Of a stretch of DNA of 13,909 nt, positions 8,187-13,909 are shown in pieces; position 1 is the stretch's first letter; each line of letters opens with the position of its first letter. The notes under the pieces were generated by a model that worked only from the letters and a program-made list of their open reading frames with translations, did no database searches and was not told where the DNA came from. Location of the stretch: contig JBKHIT010000088.1 of the NCBI GenBank assembly GCA_046538485.1, positions 1 through 13,909 on the forward strand, written 5' to 3'. This DNA is from Candidatus Brocadiia bacterium (GTDB lineage Bacteria; Planctomycetota; Brocadiia; SM23-32). A program made the position numbers and the translations under genes.

Positions 8187-8299
8187 GCCGGATAGTGCAG
8201 CAGGAAAAGCCGGGACATCCCTCTGGTATTTGCTTTACATATGGTCTTTGATTGAATAATTTGGCATGTGGTCAACTTTCGTTTTTTCAGGAACATACA

Positions 8300-9190
8300 A
8301 TGAAACCTCGCACCGGACGCAACGACCCGTGTCCCTGTGGCAGCGGGAAAAAATACAAGAAGTGCTGTCTGCCCGAAGACCGGAAAAAACCAGAACCAGA
8401 TTCTCCCCGAGATGCCTCACCTTCTCCCCCGGAACCAGCGCCCCCTGCACCGGAGACCGGCGAGGAGATAACGATCACGGCGGGTGCTCAGCAAATAGGA
8501 GAATTGGGATTTCTCTCGTGCATCTGCCTTGGCGTTTCACGCCAGTCCGGGCAGACCGATGAGGCCGGTACGCTTGTGGACCCGGATAAACTGTATGCGA
8601 CCCGGGATGCAGCGGAGAGAAAGGGGGAAAACCAAATCGGCGGAATGTCGCAAAAGGTACCCGCAGCGGCCAGGGAAGAAATTCGGGAATCCCTGCGGGA
8701 TCTGGGCTACATGCCCATCCGCCACATGGAGAAGGACTGCGCGGATTTCCAGGCAGAACTCCCGTCCTCCGGGGATGGCCCCCGCCCCAGATGTGGGCTG
8801 TGCGGCAATCTGATCGGGCTGACCAAAACCATGTGCTGCGATGAGTGGATCTGCGACGATGAAGGTGACTACGTCGTGTTTTCATACGCGCGCAACAGCT
8901 GTTATCGCAATCATCGAAGATACACCCTCTGCGGTTTGCACCACGCGGAAAGACACGACGGAGACTGGCAGGATTGCCAGCAATGCCGGGAAGATGTACT
9001 CAAAACAGAAATGTACGTCTGGCGGGGGACGAACGAATACAACTTTGAGAAACTTGACGATCCGCCCGATTTCGAACCCACCCACTGTGCGGAATGCGGC
9101 CAGCGGATCAACTTCGGCGAGGGAGGATTCTCCTTCAACGGTGATTCCTACAAATGTGATGAGTGCACCTCCTTTCCCGAATTAGGCTGA
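8300..9190 (+). CDS. SEC-C motif protein with C-terminal Cys/His-rich putative metal-binding domain
   Basis: ATG 8300 (AGGA upstream) gives [23 protein letters not shown]; Pro-rich linker; C-terminus CGLCG...CCDEWICDD...[21 protein letters not shown]...CQQC...CAECG...CDEC. Confidence 0.88.
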   Translation: MKPRTGRNDPCPCGSGKKYKKCCLPEDRKKPEPDSPRDASPSPPEPAPPAPETGEEITITAGAQQIGELGFLSCICLGVSRQSGQTDEAGTLVDPDKLYATRDAAERKGENQIGGMSQKVPAAAREEIRESLRDLGYMPIRHMEKDCADFQAELPSSGDGPRPRCGLCGNLIGLTKTMCCDEWICDDEGDYVVFSYARNSCYRNHRRYTLCGLHHAERHDGDWQDCQQCREDVLKTEMYVWRGTNEYNFEKLDDPPDFEPTHCAECGQRINFGEGGFSFNGDSYKCDECTSFPELG

Positions 9191-9322
9191 GCGGTTCGGC
9201 CAAACGGCGGGATTCGTGTGTGATGACCGCTCGTAGTGGCGAATCAAAATCCCACCGGCAGAGGGCACGGTGATGGTTCACAACGTATTTTACCGAATGC
9301 TTACCATCGGGAGCCGGGGGAT

Positions 9323-9570
9323 TGGTGGCGTGCCACCAGATGACCCGCCCCGACGGGGCGGTTGAGCATGGGGAATGGCAAATTAACATTTTGTTCCGTC
9401 AGAAAGGTGGAGTGATCCAGTCCGTCACCAGCTCCCCCCCGACCAGCAACCCGCTCTCTCTCAAGCGCCCCATCGGGACGCGTTTTTACACATTGCCCCT
9501 TTTACCCCGAACTCCGGCGGCAGGCGCCCCCTCCGCACGGGGCTACGCTCTCAATCGGCCCTCCGGGCCG
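9323..9570. repeat. Cluster of short GC-rich REP-like palindromes
   Basis: TGGTGGC-gt-GCCACCA (9323-9338), CCGCCCC-gac-GGGGCGG (9345-9361), GCGCCCC-atc-GGGACGC (9465-9481), CGGCCC-tcc-GGGCCG (9556-9570); the last two are both preceded by cgctctc..tcaa. Confidence 0.6.
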
Positions 9571-9722
9571 TCATCAACACCCGATCACCGGTCGTTCGCT
9601 TTACCCCGCCGTTTTTCGTTCTTCGACTTTTTCCCCGCAGTCGCGTGTCCAGCAAGCTGGCGCCACGTTGTTTCTTTTCTCGTTCCTCGATTTTCTCGTT
9701 TCTCGACGATACTCAACTCACT

Positions 9723-9837
9723 CCAGCGCCTCAATCAGTTCATCTCCATCTCGTATCCCGTATCACGCATCCCGCGTTTCCTATCGCGTCACAAACTCAC
9801 AACTGCCGTCCCGCCAGCAACCACTTTGGTCGGTCCG
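9723..9837 (+). repeat. Dispersed element copy A (leader + heptamers + conserved tail ending GGTCCG)
   Basis: 9723-9812 aligns with 10571-10646 (length difference 14 nt = 2 heptamers); 9814-9837 matches 10729-10752 at 20/24. Confidence 0.9.
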
Positions 9838-9850
9838 TTATCAGAATGCG

Positions 9851-10186
9851 TTAATTCCGCATATGGTGGGTCTCGTTCGTCGAGACTTTTTTGCATGGTT
9901 TGATAGCGGCGATTTCGTCGGATTCTTCCTCTTTTGACCGGTACAAATCCCACCGGAGCTGAAGATTCATCCAGAATCCCGCCGTATTCCCAAAATATTT
10001 CGACAGACGCAGTGCCGTGCTGGGCGTCACACCCCGTTTGCCATTGATCACTTCATTCACGCGCTGATAGGGAACATGGATGGACTCCGCCAGCTCGCGC
10101 TGGGTTATATCCATCGGCCGGAGAAACTCTTCGCGCAACATCTCCCCCGGATGGGTCGGCTCTCTGTCTGTTGGTATTCTAACCAT
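9851..10186 (-). CDS. higA: HigA family antitoxin (XRE HTH)
   Basis: PTHPGEMLREEFLRPMDITQRELA...VNEVINGKRGVTPSTALRLSKYFGNTAGFWMNLQLRWDL; GGGAG RBS; directly downstream of higB. Confidence 0.95.
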   Translation of the reverse strand: MVRIPTDREPTHPGEMLREEFLRPMDITQRELAESIHVPYQRVNEVINGKRGVTPSTALRLSKYFGNTAGFWMNLQLRWDLYRSKEEESDEIAAIKPCKKVSTNETHHMRN

Positions 10187-10197
10187 TTTAATCTCCC

Positions 10198-10491
10198 TCA
10201 GTGATAATCAACTATTTCAACCTGGCGCGGTCCCACATCTGACCATAGGAAACAAATCCGATATTGGCTATTAATCCTTATACTGTATTGACCGGATCGT
10301 CCACCTTTCAGGGCTTTCAATCGGTTTCCAGGAGGTATCCGTAAATCCGCCAAACTTTCCGCTGAATCCAACTGGTCCAGTTTTCGTGTGGCTTTCTTCC
10401 AGATGGATCGGGGACAGAGCTTCCGGGCCGCCTTCGTATTACGACCGTTGAAGATGTCCTCGGTGGCAGAATTGTTGAACGATTGAATCAT
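10198..10491 (-). CDS. higB: HigB family toxin (RelE/ParE superfamily, plasmid-killer type)
   Basis: MIQSF...TEDIFNG...DLRIPPGNRLKALKG...GQYSIRINSQYRICFLW...VEIVDYH; toxin-before-antitoxin order. Confidence 0.95.
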   Translation of the reverse strand: MIQSFNNSATEDIFNGRNTKAARKLCPRSIWKKATRKLDQLDSAESLADLRIPPGNRLKALKGGRSGQYSIRINSQYRICFLWSDVGPRQVEIVDYH

Positions 10492-10497
10492 AAATAC

Positions 10498-10526
10498 ATG
10501 ATATCACGGAAGGCATGTTATGGCAA
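10498..10526 (-). promoter_or_regulatory. Sigma70 promoter of higBA with overlapping putative HigA operator
   Basis: Minus strand TTGCCA (10526-10521), 17 nt, TATCAT (10503-10498), with an extended -10 TG; imperfect palindrome TAACATG-N5-CGTGATA over the spacer. Confidence 0.75.
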
Positions 10527-10570
10527 CTTTTTGATCTTTCTTGCTCGTGAAAAATCGCGACCTCCCCGCC

Positions 10571-10752
10571 CCAGCGCCCGAATCAGTTCACCAGCATCTC
10601 GTATCACGCACCTCATATCGCGTCACCAACTCTCAACTGCCGTTCCCTTCCGCTTAGCCCCCCCATTTCCCCCACAAAATGCCCCGTCTAAGCCATATAT
10701 GAGGGATCTTTTTGTCCTATCCCAAGCTCCACCAACAACTTCGGTTGGTCCG
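10571..10752 (+). repeat. Dispersed element copy B (carries an extra ~82-nt segment, 10647-10728)
   Basis: Direct repeat of copy A in two blocks; its end abuts the truncation point of the sialidase-like gene. Confidence 0.9.
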
Positions 10753-11402
10753 ACCCGGATAACAACGGTTTCGCCCTGATCCCGCGAGATGAGAGGACGC
10801 GACGGGAACCGTCGGCGTGATTCTTTGAGATCGGCATCCTCCCACCGGATCCAGCAGCCGGTGGGGAAAATCCATGTGCCGTCCCGGAGCACCGTCGGCC
10901 GGTTGAGCATGTTCTGCTCATCGACGAGTTTGTGCGGAGCGCTCCATTGCCGGTGGTTATCATCCGGGTTGTCGCACGTGATCGCCCACAGCGAGGAGCG
11001 CCGTCCAATAAGAGTTTCCGGATACTGATTGAACATCACCCACAGCACGCCGTCCGGCGCGGTCCAGACCACCATGTGATCGGTGCGGATCGGCCCCTCG
11101 CCGTCGGTATCGACGACCAGTTGTGGCGAGGTCCAGCTCTCCCCGTCGTCATCGCTAAAAACCACCATTCCATAGTTCAGATGCCCTTCCCCATCTCCAC
11201 CGCCGGAGAACCCGCACCAGAGCCGTCCTCCCGGAGTTTTGGTGATAGTCGTGACATTCGCAAAACGCCTGTTGGCGTCCTGATATTTCGGTCCCGGTTC
11301 AGTTATGATCTTCGGGACGGGTTGTTCCGATCCCGCCACATCCACAAACGCATGACCCGGGGATTCGATGCTGTCGGTGCCGCGTTTTCGTTGTTCAGTC
11401 AT
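10623..11402 (-). pseudogene. 3'-truncated BNR/Asp-box (sialidase-like) gene
   Basis: Likely start ATG 11402, just after the upstream stop codon. Paralogous to domain 1 of 11404..13608 (EPGPKYQDANRRF, NYGMVVFSDDDGESW, RPTVLRDGTWIFP). Similarity ends mid Asp-box at SRDQGET (10767); the last 47 codons read through repeat copy B. Confidence 0.8.
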
Positions 11403-11403
11403 G

Positions 11404-13608
11404 TTATTTCGGTTCAACCCACCAGTGGCACTCGTTGACCCGGCTCCCGTCGTAAGAGACGCTCGATTGGATGAGCAGACGTTTCGCGCAGGAAGGGGTG
11501 TATTGACCGACAACCGTATTGGCCGAATAGCAGTCGCCGCCGGGAGTTCTTTTCTTAAGAATAATTCCATCGTCCCAGTTGATGCCGTCTTCAGAGGAGT
11601 AAAGGACAAAATTGCTCGGATTATCACCCTTGCTGCCGCTGCGGCCGTGGATGAAGTAGAGATCACCGATTTTTTCCGAAAGCTGAGGGTTTCGGATCCT
11701 GCGGGCAAAATGGGTTGTCCTGACCTCCGACCAGGTGCGACCGTCGTCGGTGCTGGTCACGTAGGGGATGTCGTGTTCGTTGATCTCGTCGTCGGCGCGA
11801 TACGGGTACGAGTAGACGATGATCTCCCCCGAATCAAGCACACCGCCGGTCACATAATAGTTTTCAGCATGAAACGGCAGCTCACTGCGCCGCTCGAACG
11901 TCTCGCCGTTGTCCTCCGAGACATACAGCGCGTAGGGGCCGGGGCAGTAGTTGGCCGAACCGGGCATGTAGACGATGTATATCTTCCCATCGCGAACAAA
12001 AACCGCATCGAAGGTCAGCGAGACCTCTTCAACCGTGGCATCGGGATCCAGCGGGCTCGGTTCGCTCCAGGTGTGCCCGTGGTCGTGACTCCGCAGCACG
12101 GCGGGCGGGGACTGTTTGACCCACAGGCCCTCCCTGGCAAAATGGCTCACGAAAGCGACCAGCGTGCCGTCCGGCGCGGTGGTGGTGGCGAAGACAAGTG
12201 CCGAGCCCACCTCGTCCCCTTCATACACCCGCCGTGAATAATCGAGCGTGACCGGTTCGCTCCAGGTCTCGCCGCCATCGGTCGAGCGCCGGTACTCGCT
12301 CCAGCCACAGGTGCCGTGGCCCCCGTGAAGCTCACCCGACACATTGCTGTAAAAAGCCACGATATCGCCGTTGGTGCACTCGGTCAGGCAGTTGCCGCCG
12401 TGTCCCGAACGACCGTCCTTCTCGTGATCGACAAAGAGAATACCGTTGTTGGGGATATCGTCCGGGGTCACCCGGTAGGGACGCGCGGTCGCGCTGTTGA
12501 TCAGCTGTCGCCGACGCACGGATTCGGCGGCGGCTTCGCCGGCCAATACATCCTCCTCCCGAAAAGCCGCCATCAGAATGTCTCGGTCCCCCTTGCGTTC
12601 GAAGTCATATGTGATGTAGATCGTGCCATCCTCCGCCTGATCGCCGTCGGGATAGGACACGCCGCCCCGTTCATCCAGCAGCAGACCGCCCGTCCAGGTG
12701 GCCCCCTCGTCGTCGGAAAGGAAAGCCGTCAGATGCGAACGGCTTCCCCTCGATTCCCCGTCGGCAAAGTCCCCGTCAGGCGGATCGTGGCGCACCAGCA
12801 AAAGACGTCCGGAGTCCAGACGACGTATGAAGAATCGGCTGACCACGTGCGGAATGTCCGATGGCCGCAGTTCACTCCACGTGCGCCCCTGATCATCAGA
12901 AACACTCTCCCCGATGCCGTATTTTGTGCGAACCAGCATCCACAACGAGCCATCATTCCGTTCCACAATCATGTGTTCATCATGATCGCGCACATCCGGC
13001 GGCACATCACACGCGCCGCGCTGATGAAACGACTGTCCGTCATCGGTGGACACGAACATTGCCGCACTTCCGGCCTCCCGTTTATGCCACAGCGACACCG
13101 GCAGTGCCCAGTCGCCGCTGGAGAGCACAATGGGCTTGCACATCATCACTCCGTCACAGAGCCGCCGGGGTTCCGACCACGTGGCGTCGACGCCGTCCGC
13201 CTCATTCGCCGTCATGGCCCAGACACCCGAGGGGCCTATTTTCCCGTGATCCTCGACGCCCTGGGCCCAGAACATCCACAGCTTCCCATTCGGGTCCAGC
13301 CATATCTCAGGGTCAAACGCCCGCACCGATCCCCCCCCATCGGGATCCACGACCAGCCGTTCATCGGACCATGTCCGTCCCGCGTCGTTGCTCATGGCCA
13401 TAATGACGTAATTATTCCTGTCCTCTCCGGGGGTTTCCCCACCATACCACACGGCCCAGCGTCGGTCCCCACCGCCGCATGCAAGGCTCGCTATGCCCTG
13501 GAACGCTCGCCTGCTCGCCTCGTATTCCGGTCCGGGATCCCGGATGACCTCGGGGGGATCCAGATACGCATCATTTTCGGGAATTATCACTTTGTCTTTT
13601 TCGGACAT
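11404..13608 (-). CDS. Tandem two-domain BNR/Asp-box beta-propeller protein (sialidase/GH33-like)
   Basis: 734 aa; Asp boxes SNDAGRTW, STDDGQSF, SDDQGRTW, SDDEGATW, then STDGGETW, SHDHGHTW, SEDNGETF, STDDGRTW, SEDGINW; DEHMIVER..GSLWMLVRT and SYPDG motifs; GAGGA RBS; no signal peptide visible. Confidence 0.9.
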   Translation of the reverse strand: MSEKDKVIIPENDAYLDPPEVIRDPGPEYEASRRAFQGIASLACGGGDRRWAVWYGGETPGEDRNNYVIMAMSNDAGRTWSDERLVVDPDGGGSVRAFDPEIWLDPNGKLWMFWAQGVEDHGKIGPSGVWAMTANEADGVDATWSEPRRLCDGVMMCKPIVLSSGDWALPVSLWHKREAGSAAMFVSTDDGQSFHQRGACDVPPDVRDHDEHMIVERNDGSLWMLVRTKYGIGESVSDDQGRTWSELRPSDIPHVVSRFFIRRLDSGRLLLVRHDPPDGDFADGESRGSRSHLTAFLSDDEGATWTGGLLLDERGGVSYPDGDQAEDGTIYITYDFERKGDRDILMAAFREEDVLAGEAAAESVRRRQLINSATARPYRVTPDDIPNNGILFVDHEKDGRSGHGGNCLTECTNGDIVAFYSNVSGELHGGHGTCGWSEYRRSTDGGETWSEPVTLDYSRRVYEGDEVGSALVFATTTAPDGTLVAFVSHFAREGLWVKQSPPAVLRSHDHGHTWSEPSPLDPDATVEEVSLTFDAVFVRDGKIYIVYMPGSANYCPGPYALYVSEDNGETFERRSELPFHAENYYVTGGVLDSGEIIVYSYPYRADDEINEHDIPYVTSTDDGRTWSEVRTTHFARRIRNPQLSEKIGDLYFIHGRSGSKGDNPSNFVLYSSEDGINWDDGIILKKRTPGGDCYSANTVVGQYTPSCAKRLLIQSSVSYDGSRVNECHWWVEPK

Positions 13609-13798
13609 GTTTTTTTGTCCTCTCTGCTGGAAACCTGTCAGAATATTGCGGGCAGATCATACCATATATCATGCACGTACGAAACTAAAGCTGCCTTCCC
13701 TGGGGGGGGCGGAACCAGGGCAGAATCCCGCCCCGCGGTCCTGCACCGCGGGTGAACAGGATTATCACGGCTCCCGTACTTTTTGCCCGGATATTTCA

Positions 13799-13896
13799 CG
13801 AGCCGTCAGCACGCCATTTATAAGAACAGACAAGGGCGCTCGTGTTCTTACACCGCAACTGCAGGCTGTTCTTATAAATGGCGTGCTGACGGCTCG
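13799..13896. repeat. 98-bp hairpin/MITE-like element with perfect 31-bp inverted arms
   Basis: cgagccgtcagcacgccatttataagaacag (13799-13829) is the exact reverse complement of 13866-13896; 36-nt spacer. Confidence 0.9.
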
Positions 13897-13909
13897 GTCC
13901 CGCGACTGC

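Noticed and set aside
8164..8200. Hybrid promoter from the IS -35 driving the SEC-C gene
   Set aside because: No -10-like hexamer 16-18 nt downstream of TTGACA in the flank (GCCGGA).
11403..11708. N-terminal 102 aa of ORF 10623..11708
   Set aside because: Overlaps the 734-aa gene in another frame; similarity to the paralogue starts after Met at 11402.
13691..13752. GC-rich hairpins upstream of the propeller gene as a riboswitch or terminator
   Set aside because: The stem CCCGCGGT/ACCGCGGG (13732-13752) is real, but there is no U-tract or recognisable aptamer motif.
11368..13755. Plus-strand ORFs 11368..12237 and 12316..13755
   Set aside because: Antisense shadows of the Asp-box protein gene.

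Overview
GC-rich bacterial accessory region; the gene families and repeats suggest a PVC-superphylum (Planctomycetota-like) host, which is an inference. Left to right: the 5' part of a bacterial alpha-2-macroglobulin gene (minus strand, runs off the left edge, missed by the ORF track); a membrane protein; a 910-aa membrane-anchored protein joining a GspG-C-terminal-like domain to 26-aa HEAT-like repeats; an internally deleted GIY-YIG/DUF4357 pseudogene; a complete IS110-family (IS1111-type) element; a SEC-C/Cys-rich protein; a REP-like palindrome cluster; a higBA toxin-antitoxin operon; a 3'-truncated Asp-box (sialidase-like) gene; a double-propeller Asp-box protein; and a 98-bp hairpin with perfect 31-bp arms. 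Three signals stand out. (1) The IS can be read almost entirely from sequence: CAG core, sub-terminal IRs, a promoter formed only on circularisation, and a downstream non-coding region with short matches to its own target and donor sites (bridge/seekRNA candidate). It also has a tandemly duplicated right end and Thr in place of the catalytic Ser. (2) A family of co-oriented intergenic elements (conserved leader + heptamer array + tail ending GGTCCG) punctuates the gene modules and brackets higBA. (3) One copy of that element lies where the sialidase-like gene is truncated, suggesting a cassette-like acquisition system.
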